Shown here in pieces: positions 35,406-45,680 of a stretch of 64,000 bases of DNA. Every line of letters starts with the position of its first letter. Positions within the stretch are counted from its first letter, which is position 1. Made by a program: the position numbers and the translations under genes. Below the pieces are notes generated by a model that did no database searches, was not told the origin of the DNA, and worked only from the letters and a program-made list of their open reading frames with translations. Source of the DNA: Bacteroidaceae bacterium (GTDB taxonomy: Bacteria > Bacteroidota > Bacteroidia > Bacteroidales > Bacteroidaceae); NCBI GenBank assembly GCA_045220475.1, contig JBGUVW010000031.1, positions 84,088-148,087 on the forward strand, written 5' to 3'.

Positions 35406-37367
35406 ATGAGTAAAAAAGACAATGTCCTGCTCAAGACTCCGTTCATGACGGTTGTTCTGAATCTTCTTGTAATATACATCTCATTCATGCTGTGCCGTGT
35501 AGTTTTCATGTGGTACAACTGGAATGTATTTGATGGCAACCTGGACAAGGATATCATATTGAAGATGCTTCGCGGAGCGCTCCTGTTTGATACAGCCGGC
35601 ATAATGTATCTGACCGCCCCGTACATGTTGCTGACCATGTTCCCATTCCATTTCAAGGAGAACAGGACATACTATACCATTGTCAAGGTCATACTCATTA
35701 TCCTGGTATCGGCCGGCATAGCCGCCAACCTGATTGATACCGTATATTTCCCCTTTACAGGATGCCGCAGCACCCTTAACGTACTGGCCGAATTCAAGAA
35801 TGAGAGCGGTGGTCAGATGCGCTCCATAGTGATGAATGCAGTCATGGAGAACTGGTATCTGGTACTGCTGTTCATTGTGATGGTATGGCTTCTGTGCATA
35901 ACCATAAGGATTCCCGTTGCGGTACAGTACAAGAGGCTTTCAGTTTACTATATCGTCAAGACCGCACTTCTGATGGTCTGCATGTTTGCAAGCGTGGTAG
36001 GCATAAGAGGAGGCATTTCCACAAGCATCAGGCCCATAACCATGAGTAACGCGTATCAATACGCTGACCGTCCGGCCGATGCTGCAGCAGTGCTCAACAC
36101 CCCGTTCTGTGTTATCCGCACAGCAGGAAGAGTCAAGATTGAGGTTCCCCAGTACTTTAGCCAGGAGGAGCTTGAAGAGATATACTCGCCGGTAATAATG
36201 CCTGATTCCACCGCTGTTTTTACCCCCAAGAATGTGGTCATATTCATACTTGAGAGTTTTGGCGGTGAATACGTAGGTTTCATGAACAAGGGTCTTGAGG
36301 GCACACATGACTGCACTCCGTTCCTGGATTCACTCATGAGCAAAAGCCTCACCTTTGAGTACTCATTTGCCAACGGCCGCAAGAGCATAGACGCATCACC
36401 CTCCGTCCTGTCGGGCATACCCATGCTTAAGGACAACTTTGTGCTTACCACCACCATGATGTCAAAGGAGGTAAGCGGTCTGGCCGAGGAACTGGACCGT
36501 AAGGGTTACTACTCGGCATATTTCCACGGAGCCGACAACCAGTCCATGGGATTCCAGTCCTACTCACGTGCCATAGGTTACAAGGACTATTTTGGAATGG
36601 ATGAATTTGATGCAGACCCCAGATTTGGCGGTCACAGCATGTTTGACGGTGTCTGGGCTATTTGGGATGAGGAGTTCCTGCAGTTCATGTGCGCCAAGAT
36701 AAACACCTTCAAGGAGCCGTTCGTTTCGACCGTTTTCACCGCCACATCGCACCACCCGTTCAACATTCCGGACCGCTACAAGGACATCTATCCCGAGGAG
36801 CCCAACCTGGATATGTACCGCTGCATCCGCTACTCGGACAACGCCCTGCGCCTGTTCTTTGAGAAGGCCAGCAAGGAGCCTTGGTTCAATAACACGCTGT
36901 TTGTTCTTACAGCTGATCACACCAACCAGTCCGAGCACCCAGCATACCAGTCCGAATACGGAAAGTTCCGCATACCCATCATATTCTACGATCCGTCAGG
37001 AGACATCGCAGGACACCGTGACGCAATAGCCCAGCAGTCAGATATTCTCCCCACAATTATGGGATATCTGGGATATGACAAGCCTTTTATCAGTTTCGGA
37101 CAGAACCTGTTTGCCACTCCCGATGAGGAGACATGGGCAGCCAACTACCAGAACGGCATGTACATGTACTACAAGGGAGACTGGATGATCAAGTTTGACG
37201 GTGAGCAGCAGACCGGACTCTATGCCTTCCGTAAGGATGCAGCCCTTAAGGAAAACCTGAAGGGAACCAGACCTGACGTGGAAGAGGAGATGATAAAAGA
37301 ACTCAAGGCACTGATTCAACAGTACCTTGAGCACATGACAACCAAAGAATTGGTTATTCCGGAATAA
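35406..37367 (+). CDS. LTA-synthase/sulfatase-family membrane protein (phosphoglycerol or phosphoethanolamine transferase-like)
   Basis: About 5 N-terminal TM segments plus an alkaline-phosphatase-superfamily domain (VVIFILESFG, TADHT). Confidence 0.75.
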   Translation: MSKKDNVLLKTPFMTVVLNLLVIYISFMLCRVVFMWYNWNVFDGNLDKDIILKMLRGALLFDTAGIMYLTAPYMLLTMFPFHFKENRTYYTIVKVILIILVSAGIAANLIDTVYFPFTGCRSTLNVLAEFKNESGGQMRSIVMNAVMENWYLVLLFIVMVWLLCITIRIPVAVQYKRLSVYYIVKTALLMVCMFASVVGIRGGISTSIRPITMSNAYQYADRPADAAAVLNTPFCVIRTAGRVKIEVPQYFSQEELEEIYSPVIMPDSTAVFTPKNVVIFILESFGGEYVGFMNKGLEGTHDCTPFLDSLMSKSLTFEYSFANGRKSIDASPSVLSGIPMLKDNFVLTTTMMSKEVSGLAEELDRKGYYSAYFHGADNQSMGFQSYSRAIGYKDYFGMDEFDADPRFGGHSMFDGVWAIWDEEFLQFMCAKINTFKEPFVSTVFTATSHHPFNIPDRYKDIYPEEPNLDMYRCIRYSDNALRLFFEKASKEPWFNNTLFVLTADHTNQSEHPAYQSEYGKFRIPIIFYDPSGDIAGHRDAIAQQSDILPTIMGYLGYDKPFISFGQNLFATPDEETWAANYQNGMYMYYKGDWMIKFDGEQQTGLYAFRKDAALKENLKGTRPDVEEEMIKELKALIQQYLEHMTTKELVIPE

Positions 37368-38552
37368 TCAATAAACCTTGACTTTCAGTTTGGCGTAAGC
37401 ACGCTCAACTTTCTCAAGTGCCTTCTCAACACTCTCGGCACGAGCCAGAATCACACCCATACGGCGGTGACCCTTTATAAACGGCTTACCAAAGAAACGT
37501 ACCTGAACATCGGGCTCAGCCAGAATCTCGTCTACGTTCTCAAACTCTATCATCGTGGTATCACCCTCAACAACTATAGCCTTTGAAGCGCTGGGGCCAA
37601 AGAAGTTGATCTTGGGGATAGGCAGACCCAGCACGGCACGTGCATGCAGCGCAAACTCTGACAGATCCTGTGATATCATTGTAACCATACCGGTATCGTG
37701 CGGACGGGGTGAAACCTCACTGAACAGCACGTTGTCACCGCATATGAACATCTCTACGCCGAAAATGCCGTAACCGCCCAATGCATCGGTGATTTTCTTT
37801 GCTATATCCTGAGCCTGGGCAAGAGCCTTGTCGCTCATGGGCTGTGCCTGCCATGACTCACGGTAGTCACCGTCAACCTGATGGTGACCTATAGGATTCA
37901 GGAATGTGGTACCGCCGCTATGACGTACAGTAAGCAGGGTGATCTCATAGTCAAATTTTACGAATCCCTCTACGATAACCTCACCGCCACCGGCACGACC
38001 GCCCTCCTGGGCAATCTTCCATGATGCATCGGCATCGGCAGGAGTCTTGCATACGCTCTGGCCGTGACCTGATGAGCTCATGATAGGCTTCACTACGCAA
38101 GGTGTGCCGATCTCCTTGATGGCGGCATCAAACTCCTCACGGGTAGCGGCAAAACGGTAATTGGATGTAGGCAAACCCAGTTTCTCATGAGCCAACTGGC
38201 GTATGCCCTTGCGGTTCATTGTGAGGAATGTTGCATTTGCTGTAGGAATTACGTTGTAGCCTTCTTTCTCCAACTCAACGAGAGTGGGAGTGGCAATAGC
38301 TTCAACCTCCGGGATAATCATATCCGGTTTCTCCTTCTCGATAATCTCACGCAGACGGGCACCGTCAAGCATTGAGAGTACATAACTGCGGTGAGCCACC
38401 TGCATGGCAGGGGCGTTCTCATACCTGTCAAGGGCAATGACCTCGACACCATAGCGCTGCAATTCAATTGCAACTTCTTTTCCCAGTTCACCTGAGCCGC
38501 ACAGAAGTGCCTTCTTGGCAACCTTTGTAAGCGGAGATCCAATCTTAACCAT
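37368..38552 (-). CDS. purT: Formate-dependent phosphoribosylglycinamide formyltransferase
   Basis: 394 aa with an ATP-grasp fold. The N-terminus [46 protein letters not shown] is typical of PurT. Confidence 0.92.
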   Translation of the reverse strand: MVKIGSPLTKVAKKALLCGSGELGKEVAIELQRYGVEVIALDRYENAPAMQVAHRSYVLSMLDGARLREIIEKEKPDMIIPEVEAIATPTLVELEKEGYNVIPTANATFLTMNRKGIRQLAHEKLGLPTSNYRFAATREEFDAAIKEIGTPCVVKPIMSSSGHGQSVCKTPADADASWKIAQEGGRAGGGEVIVEGFVKFDYEITLLTVRHSGGTTFLNPIGHHQVDGDYRESWQAQPMSDKALAQAQDIAKKITDALGGYGIFGVEMFICGDNVLFSEVSPRPHDTGMVTMISQDLSEFALHARAVLGLPIPKINFFGPSASKAIVVEGDTTMIEFENVDEILAEPDVQVRFFGKPFIKGHRRMGVILARAESVEKALEKVERAYAKLKVKVY

Positions 38553-38575
38553 ATTGTCGAATAAAGTAACTTATC

Positions 38576-40417
38576 TTACAACTGCTGCATGTCATGCAGT
38601 CTCTTATAGTAGCCGTTCAAAGCTATCAGCTCCTCATGTGTACCACGCTCCACGATCTTACCTTCATGGAGAACGCAGATTTCATCGGCATTCTTGATGG
38701 TTGACAGACGGTGTGCGATAGCAATTGTGGTACGGTCTTTCATAAGACGCTCAAGTGCCTCCTGAACCAGACGCTCGGACTCAGTGTCAAGGGCGCTGGT
38801 AGCCTCATCCAGAATCAGTATGGGCGGGTTCTTGAGAATGGCACGTGCTATGCTTATGCGCTGGCGCTGACCGCCGGACAACAGGCAACCGCGGTCACCT
38901 ATGTTGGTGTCATATCCGTTCTCCGTTTCCATGATGAAATCATGTGCATTGGCTATCTTGGCAGCCGCAATCACCTGCTCACGGGTAGCATCCTTGACGC
39001 CGAACGTGATGTTGTTGTAGAACGTGTCATTGAACAGGATGGCCTCCTGGTTTACGTTACCCATAAGGCTGCGGAGTGACTTGAGTGACACATCGCGGAT
39101 GTCCTTTCCATCGATGGTTATCGAGCCCTGGCATACGTCATAGAACCTGGGCAGAAGATCCACCATGGTAGACTTTCCCGAACCGGACTGACCCACCAGT
39201 GCAACGGTCTTTCCGTGGGGTATCGTAACGTTAATGTCATGCAGTACCTCATGTCCGTCCTCATAAGAGAATGAGACGCCGTTATACTTGATTTCATCCT
39301 TGAGTTCGGTGAGTTCAACCGGTTTCTCCGGATCAGTGATATTGTTCTCAGCCAGCAGAATCTTGTCTATACGCTCTACCGATGCAAGTCCCTTGGGAAT
39401 GGCATAACCGGCCTTTGAGAAATCCTTGATGGGGTTGATGACACTGTAAAGGATGGTCATGTACCAGATGAACGTGGACGCGTCAATGCTTGCATTACCG
39501 CCCAGGATGAGTGTACCTCCGAACCAGAGCACCAGAACTATCAGCGCGGTACCCATGAACTCACTTACCGGATGAGCCAGAGCCTGGCGCATATGAACGC
39601 GGTTGGATGCCTTACGCAGCTGCTCGCTGCTCTTGGTGAATCGGGCCGACATCTTACCCTCGGCCAGGAATGCCTTGATTACGCGCAATCCGCCAAGAGT
39701 CTCCTCCAGTTCTGACATGGTATCGCTCCAGTAAGACTGGGCCACGAGAGACTTTGCCTTGAGTTTACGGCCAATGGTACCCATCACCCAGATGATAAGC
39801 GGTCCTATCACGATGGTGAATATGGTCATCTGCCAGCTGATGGCAACCAGAGTTCCCAGATATACCAGAATCAGGATAGGATTCTTTATGAGCATATCCA
39901 GAGACTGGGCGATTGAGTTCTCAATCTCCGATACGTCACCACTCATGCGGGTAATGATATCACCCTTACGCTCCTTTGAGAAGAATCCCATGGGCAGGTT
40001 GAGTATCTTATTGTATATCTGCACCCTTATATCCTTGACGATACCGTTACGCAGGGGTACCATCACGGCCGATGAGCCAAAGTAGCAGGCAGTCTTGAAG
40101 AACGTCATCACTATCAGTACGATTCCCAGGATAAGCAGTGTGCGGGACTCGCCGTAGGCATCGACAAAATCCGACACCTTGCAGAAGAAATCATTCTTGA
40201 GGGCATTTACCACCTCCTTGCCTCCGTGGACATCGGACAGGGGAATGTATACGTAAGATTCAGTGTTTATCTTAAACAGGATTCTCAGTATGGGGACTAT
40301 CAGGGCAAAAGAGAATACATTGAGAATGGCTGAAAGCAGATTGTATGCCACACTGCCCACAAGATTGCGGCGATATGGACGCACAAAACGTCTCAGGAAA
40401 GCAAAAAGCTCTTTCAT
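38576..40417 (-). CDS. ABC transporter, fused permease/ATPase, MsbA-like lipid exporter
   Basis: Six-TM domain plus an NBD with Walker A GQSGSGKST, signature LSGGQRQR and Walker B ILILDEATS. Confidence 0.88.
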   Translation of the reverse strand: MKELFAFLRRFVRPYRRNLVGSVAYNLLSAILNVFSFALIVPILRILFKINTESYVYIPLSDVHGGKEVVNALKNDFFCKVSDFVDAYGESRTLLILGIVLIVMTFFKTACYFGSSAVMVPLRNGIVKDIRVQIYNKILNLPMGFFSKERKGDIITRMSGDVSEIENSIAQSLDMLIKNPILILVYLGTLVAISWQMTIFTIVIGPLIIWVMGTIGRKLKAKSLVAQSYWSDTMSELEETLGGLRVIKAFLAEGKMSARFTKSSEQLRKASNRVHMRQALAHPVSEFMGTALIVLVLWFGGTLILGGNASIDASTFIWYMTILYSVINPIKDFSKAGYAIPKGLASVERIDKILLAENNITDPEKPVELTELKDEIKYNGVSFSYEDGHEVLHDINVTIPHGKTVALVGQSGSGKSTMVDLLPRFYDVCQGSITIDGKDIRDVSLKSLRSLMGNVNQEAILFNDTFYNNITFGVKDATREQVIAAAKIANAHDFIMETENGYDTNIGDRGCLLSGGQRQRISIARAILKNPPILILDEATSALDTESERLVQEALERLMKDRTTIAIAHRLSTIKNADEICVLHEGKIVERGTHEELIALNGYYKRLHDMQQL

Positions 40418-40450
40418 TGAGTAATTTAATTGGTTTCAAACGCGAAGATA

Positions 40451-40458
40451 CAAATTTA
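40451..40458 (-). promoter_or_regulatory. -7 box TAAATTTG for msbA-like/purT
   Basis: The plus strand reads caaattta, 34 nt upstream of the ATG at 40417. Confidence 0.4.
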
Positions 40459-40494
40459 AACGGCTGAAAAATCGGGAAATGCGTTATAAATAGG

Positions 40495-40502
40495 TAACTT
40501 TG
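40495..40502 (+). promoter_or_regulatory. -7 box TAACTTTG for the 40530-43822 operon
   Basis: Exact consensus. It lies at the track ORF start, so the first ATG after it (40530) is preferred. Confidence 0.45.
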
Positions 40503-40529
40503 CCCAATCTGTTGATAAGTTTTCTGAAC

Positions 40530-41591
40530 ATGACCCGTCACATTAAACTGTTAGTATCGGCTGCAATGTCAATGCTATGCATTGGAGTCCACAGTCAGAC
40601 TCTCCACTACGACCTGGAGTTTGACGGTCTTTTTGACAACCGGGAATACAAGAACGGCATGCTCCCGCAGACCATCTACGGAATGCGTGTCACACCGCAG
40701 ATAGGCATCATAAAGGATCAGAATTCACTTATAGGCGGATTCTCCAAGATATGGGAATTCGGAGCCGATGACAGGATAGACCCCTCTGTCATCCTATACT
40801 ACAAGTATAAGGGCTTAAAATGGAATGCATTGTTCGGAAGCATTCCCCGCGACCAACTTCAGAGACAGCTGCCTGATGCACTTTTATATGATTCCATCGC
40901 GTTTTTTGAGCCGACCATAAGCGGTACGCTGTTCCAGCGTCACGGTAGATTCTGGCAGACAGAGCTGTACTGCAACTGGTTCAGCCGCCAGACAGAGACG
41001 CAACGTGAGGCTTTCCGCATTGTTTGGGACGGATACGCAGTCTATAATGATATCTGGGACGCAGATGATATCATGAACGGTTTCATTCACTCCGGATGGT
41101 TTGTAACCATGACCCATTGGGCCAAGCCAAAGGAGGCCGGGCACTATATTTATGACCAGTTCCAGTTCAACCCGTATATAGGTTTTGACCTGAGCAGGAT
41201 CATCAATCCGGAATTAAGGGTGATAGTGAACGGCGGACTGCTGTACTCCATGATAAGATGCCGCAAGGACGACGATTGGCACAAACCCATAGGATTCCTG
41301 GGGGATTTACAGATAGGCTGGAAAATGTTTGACATAAAAACCACTTTCTACAAGGGCGGCAACCAGCAGCCTTTCCTTAAGGACAGTGAAGCCGGACTGG
41401 CATTTCATCGCAGTGATCCTTTCTACAATGATACCAAGTACCTCAAGACCGAGTTCAAGGCACAACTCATAAACAACAGGAACGTACTGATGGGATTCAG
41501 CTGGAACCTGCATGTGTCATCTGACGGACAACTCCACAACCAGCAACTGATAACGTTAAAATACAGAATCGGCAAGTTCAAAAACCATTAA
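40530..41591 (+). CDS. Hypothetical secreted protein, possibly beta-barrel
   Basis: Signal peptide MTRHIKLLVSAAMSMLCIGVHSQ. It is rich in aromatic and alternating beta-like segments, and I recognise no family. Confidence 0.55.
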   Translation: MTRHIKLLVSAAMSMLCIGVHSQTLHYDLEFDGLFDNREYKNGMLPQTIYGMRVTPQIGIIKDQNSLIGGFSKIWEFGADDRIDPSVILYYKYKGLKWNALFGSIPRDQLQRQLPDALLYDSIAFFEPTISGTLFQRHGRFWQTELYCNWFSRQTETQREAFRIVWDGYAVYNDIWDADDIMNGFIHSGWFVTMTHWAKPKEAGHYIYDQFQFNPYIGFDLSRIINPELRVIVNGGLLYSMIRCRKDDDWHKPIGFLGDLQIGWKMFDIKTTFYKGGNQQPFLKDSEAGLAFHRSDPFYNDTKYLKTEFKAQLINNRNVLMGFSWNLHVSSDGQLHNQQLITLKYRIGKFKNH

Positions 41592-41600
41592 GGACTATCA

Positions 41601-42866
41601 ATGAAACGAAACCTGCTCATATCTGCCATACTTTTACTTACCATAACAGAAGCCAACGCCGGCATCAACCCGTTCAAGCCATATATGCCACTGACGGAGA
41701 TTGACTACGCACGCAACTGGTCTCTGGGGCATGATTCCACAAGCATAGCATATAAGCCGGAATCATTCACCCAACGCGCCCTGCTACCCATAGGACTGAT
41801 TTCCACCGGCCTGCTTTTGAATGACAACGATCTTGACAAACGCATCAAGAAGGAGGGAAAACTCTCATCTACACCGTTGGAATCAGCAGACTATCTGCAG
41901 TTCTCACCTGCCGGCATACTCTATATCCTAAAGATTGCAGGAGTACCCAGCCGCAGTGACTGGCCACGCATGTTAACGGCTCACGGAACAGCGGCTGTTC
42001 TACAGTTTGGCGTTACACAGTCCATCAAGAACCTTAATGACAGGGAGAGACCTGACGGACACGGTATCAACTCATTCCCATCGGGACATACGGCAACCGT
42101 ATTCATGTGCGCCCAGATGTTGCACAGGGAGTACGGCGAGACCTTAAGCCCCTGGATAAGCGTAGCCGGATACGGATTGGCCGCAACCACCGGCATTTTC
42201 CGTGTCATAGCCAACCGCCACTGGTGCTCCGATGTGATGGCAGGAGCCGCCATAGGTATACTGTCAACAGAAGTTGCTTATGAACTTACAGACATACTGT
42301 TTGGAGATCATGGGCTTAAGAGACCTGTCGTAGTTGCGGATATTGATGAAACACCGTGCTGGAAATTCGGTCTCTATTCAGATTACAGTTTGTCATCCAG
42401 CATCTTTACATCCGGTGGATACGGCAATCCCGATGCACGTCCCGCCTGCTCCATAGGTATTGACGCATCATGGATGCCCTGGTACATAGGACCTGTAATC
42501 CGAGCCGGTCTCACCCAGATGAAATGGACCGGAACAGATGACCTTTATCTGCCTGCAAACGGCAGTGTAACCGATGTGTACACCTTTGGTGCCGGTCTTG
42601 ATATGGATATTCCGCTCATGAACAGGCTTAGCATAAACGGGCAGGCCATTGCCGGTTACTCGCCCAGAGCCAACAGCTACAGCTTCAAGTATCAGGATCA
42701 GCCGTTGGAATGGGATATTCCCGCCGCACTGCACTGCTATGCCAACTTAGGTATGACCGTAAGGACATCATCGTTCTCAAGCGTATCGGTACATGGCGGT
42801 CTGGATTATTATGATAAAGTCTGGCGCTCTTACGTAGTTGGAGCACAATTCAATTTCACGTTTTGA
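41601..42866 (+). CDS. PAP2-family phosphatase with about 190-aa beta-rich C-terminal extension
   Basis: All three PAP2 motifs are present: KNLNDRERPDG, SFPSGHTA and FRVIANRHWCSDVMAG. The C-terminus ends in ...YVVGAQFNFTF. Confidence 0.85.
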   Translation: MKRNLLISAILLLTITEANAGINPFKPYMPLTEIDYARNWSLGHDSTSIAYKPESFTQRALLPIGLISTGLLLNDNDLDKRIKKEGKLSSTPLESADYLQFSPAGILYILKIAGVPSRSDWPRMLTAHGTAAVLQFGVTQSIKNLNDRERPDGHGINSFPSGHTATVFMCAQMLHREYGETLSPWISVAGYGLAATTGIFRVIANRHWCSDVMAGAAIGILSTEVAYELTDILFGDHGLKRPVVVADIDETPCWKFGLYSDYSLSSSIFTSGGYGNPDARPACSIGIDASWMPWYIGPVIRAGLTQMKWTGTDDLYLPANGSVTDVYTFGAGLDMDIPLMNRLSINGQAIAGYSPRANSYSFKYQDQPLEWDIPAALHCYANLGMTVRTSSFSSVSVHGGLDYYDKVWRSYVVGAQFNFTF

Positions 42867-43822
42867 TTATGGCTAAGTTTCTTTCATCAGTTCTGTATGG
42901 TATAATCTGGGTGTTATCACTGCTCCCGATGCCCATACTCTATCTGTTCTCGGACATCATGTGGCTGGTAATGTTCATATGCCCGCCCCTGCGTTACAGG
43001 AAGAAGGTTGTCCAGAAGAACCTGGCCATGGCATTCCCGGACAAGGACCGCAAATGGCTGCGCCGTACCGAGCGCCGTTTCTACTATCAGTTTGCATGCC
43101 AGATAATGGAGAGCCTCAAGACCGCATCGGTGGGTGAGCGTTGGATAAAACGCCACATGGAGATTACCGGATGTGACAAAATCGTAGAGGAGGCACGGAA
43201 AGGCCGCTCCGGATTCGGATATCTGGGACACGTAGGCAACTGGGAGTGGATACCTTCCATGATGCTCTATTTCAAAGGTGTGAACGATTTTATCGGTGGA
43301 CAGGTCTACCATAGGCTCGAGAACGCCACTATGGACCTTTTCATGCTCAAGCTGCGCAGCAAGTTCGGAACTGAGAACATACCCATGGAACAGGTGATGC
43401 GCCGTCTCGTGCAGTGCCGTAACAACGGGCAGGCATTCTTTATAGGAATGATAGCCGACCAGGTTCCGCTATACGTGAACATCCACTACTGGACACAGTT
43501 CATGAACCAGGAAACCCCCGTATTCACCGGGACGGAGCGCATATCCAGAAAGCTTGACGCACAGGTGTGGTATATGAACATAACCCGCAAGCGCCGCGGC
43601 TATTACCGCTGTGAGATAACCCTGATGTTTGACCACACCAATGACCTACCCGAGAATGCCGTAACGGAGAAATACATGCGCCTGCTTGAGGACAACATCA
43701 ACAACTGTCCGGAACTCTGGTTGTGGACACATAACCGATGGAAACGAACCAGGGAGGGTTATCAGAACTGGCTGGCCAAGCACAAGACCGCCGCAGAAAG
43801 GATAAGCAGACAGGCTGAATGA
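42863..43822 (+). CDS. Lysophospholipid/lipid A late acyltransferase (LpxL/HtrB family)
   Basis: N-terminal TM and an HVGNWE catalytic box (YLGHVGNWEW). ATGA-type overlap with the PAP2 gene. Confidence 0.8.
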   Translation: MIMAKFLSSVLYGIIWVLSLLPMPILYLFSDIMWLVMFICPPLRYRKKVVQKNLAMAFPDKDRKWLRRTERRFYYQFACQIMESLKTASVGERWIKRHMEITGCDKIVEEARKGRSGFGYLGHVGNWEWIPSMMLYFKGVNDFIGGQVYHRLENATMDLFMLKLRSKFGTENIPMEQVMRRLVQCRNNGQAFFIGMIADQVPLYVNIHYWTQFMNQETPVFTGTERISRKLDAQVWYMNITRKRRGYYRCEITLMFDHTNDLPENAVTEKYMRLLEDNINNCPELWLWTHNRWKRTREGYQNWLAKHKTAAERISRQAE

Positions 43823-45670
43823 TCAACGGCTGCCCAGGTCATCATGCAGAGTCTGCACAATGGCCTTTCCACGGTTAAGACGCACATCAAATCCATGTGA
43901 ATCATTTATAAGGCATGCCGATGCATCGTCATCATAAAGCGTCACGCCCGTGCTGTCCATAAAGCAGAATCCGTTATTGTAAGTGTAGAATGAGAACGGG
44001 TATGAGTAGGAGCATGACAACACGTTCCTGCTGAACAGGAAATCACTGTGATCAATACCCAACTGCCCCAGTATGGTAGCAGCCATATCGGATTGGCCGA
44101 TGAAACGGTCAATTATCCTGGGCTCCCGGACAGCACCGCCCACCCACAGGACAGGTATATGATGTACATGAGGGTCACTTGAGAGACCTGACTTTGTATA
44201 CCTGAATCCGTGGTCCGGGAGTATCATCACAAGCAGGTTATCCCAGACAGGACTCTGCTTAAGTCCATCCACGAAAGCTCCCAGGCAACTGTCTGTGTAT
44301 GCAAACGCATTATCCACCTTGTCCTCAAGTCGGTTATACGGAACTTCAAACGGTTCATGACTGCTCAGGCTCAGGAATCCGGAAAACCACAGGGAGTCCT
44401 TACGGCTCTTCACTTCCTCAAGAAGACGGCTGAAAGTGATGTCATCATTCACGCCCCATGCATTCGTATGGCGCTCAGCAATTGAGAAATCGGCATCCGA
44501 TACCACATTACGGAAACCTGTTCCGTAAAGCCAGCTCTTCATATTGGTGAAGTTGATGTCACCGCCGTACATGAAATAGGTCTCATAACCCTCATCAAGC
44601 AGTTTGCCGGGTAATGAAGGCAGGGCCGCACTCTTGGACGGCAGTTTCATTATTGATGTCTTGGGTAATCCCGGATGACCGTTCATGACACATACCAGAC
44701 CCCTGTCGGTACGGAAACTGCCTGCATAGCAGTTGCTGAAAAATACCCCCTCCTTTATAAGGCTGTCCAATCGGGGTGAGACATCCGGCTTGCCGCTCAT
44801 GGCATTCACAAAGTCACCTCCGAACCCCTCAAGCACTATCACCAGAATATTGGGGCGGTCTGTATTGAGAAGACTCTCGGTACATGAGTCAGAAGTGGTG
44901 TAAAGCCCGTCAAAATATGCACTGCGGTTATCCTCATCAAGGTAATCATACCAACTGGAATAATCGGACGTCTTGCTCATGGAACTGAGCATGCTGAATG
45001 ACGGATTCACCGCACTGTGATTAAGGAACTGGTCAGAACTGAAATAGGCGTGTCCTACATTCATCGTGGATTCGCTTACTCCGCCGCGAATGGCAAGGAA
45101 CAGGGGAGCAAACAGAATCAGCAGGAAAAGCGATACTGGGACACGCATCAGGACCTTGTTGAAAGGAACCTTGACCGGTCTTACGGCGCTCATGAGAATC
45201 CTGTATATGAGCCATGCAAAAAGCAGGATCACAAGTACGCCCACAACCACCATCAGCACGGACACGCTGGCCATTGCCTCCTTGGGAGTCTTAAGGTAGA
45301 ACAGGACTGATGCATCCAGCTTGAATCCCCAGAACGGATAAAGTGCGGTATCACCCACAAATATCACCGACAGCAGCAAAGCCACCAGCAGGTCATAGAC
45401 CTGTATGAATCTCTTGACAGGAAATGACTGCAGCCATACGCCCACCAGCAATATCAGGACGGGAAACAGAGTGAGATATGCAGCTACAGAAAGATCTATG
45501 GGAAGGCCGTGCCACACAACCAGCATCCAGTCCTTTATACCATAACTGTGCTGGGAACTGCCCGCATAAAGCATGAACAGAGGTTTCTCAATCACAAATA
45601 TGAGTACCAGACTCACATAATGGCATAACAGCATGCCTACCCTTCCTCTCTCTCTTACAGCTCCTCCCAT
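43823..45670 (-). CDS. LTA-synthase/sulfatase-family membrane protein (paralog class of 35406-37367)
   Basis: N-terminal TM bundle plus a sulfatase-like domain (ILVIVLEGFGG, ILPDHG). The start is ambiguous: 45670 or M13 at 45634. Confidence 0.75.
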   Translation of the reverse strand: MGGAVRERGRVGMLLCHYVSLVLIFVIEKPLFMLYAGSSQHSYGIKDWMLVVWHGLPIDLSVAAYLTLFPVLILLVGVWLQSFPVKRFIQVYDLLVALLLSVIFVGDTALYPFWGFKLDASVLFYLKTPKEAMASVSVLMVVVGVLVILLFAWLIYRILMSAVRPVKVPFNKVLMRVPVSLFLLILFAPLFLAIRGGVSESTMNVGHAYFSSDQFLNHSAVNPSFSMLSSMSKTSDYSSWYDYLDEDNRSAYFDGLYTTSDSCTESLLNTDRPNILVIVLEGFGGDFVNAMSGKPDVSPRLDSLIKEGVFFSNCYAGSFRTDRGLVCVMNGHPGLPKTSIMKLPSKSAALPSLPGKLLDEGYETYFMYGGDINFTNMKSWLYGTGFRNVVSDADFSIAERHTNAWGVNDDITFSRLLEEVKSRKDSLWFSGFLSLSSHEPFEVPYNRLEDKVDNAFAYTDSCLGAFVDGLKQSPVWDNLLVMILPDHGFRYTKSGLSSDPHVHHIPVLWVGGAVREPRIIDRFIGQSDMAATILGQLGIDHSDFLFSRNVLSCSYSYPFSFYTYNNGFCFMDSTGVTLYDDDASACLINDSHGFDVRLNRGKAIVQTLHDDLGSR

Positions 45671-45680
45671 TTCCGTATTT

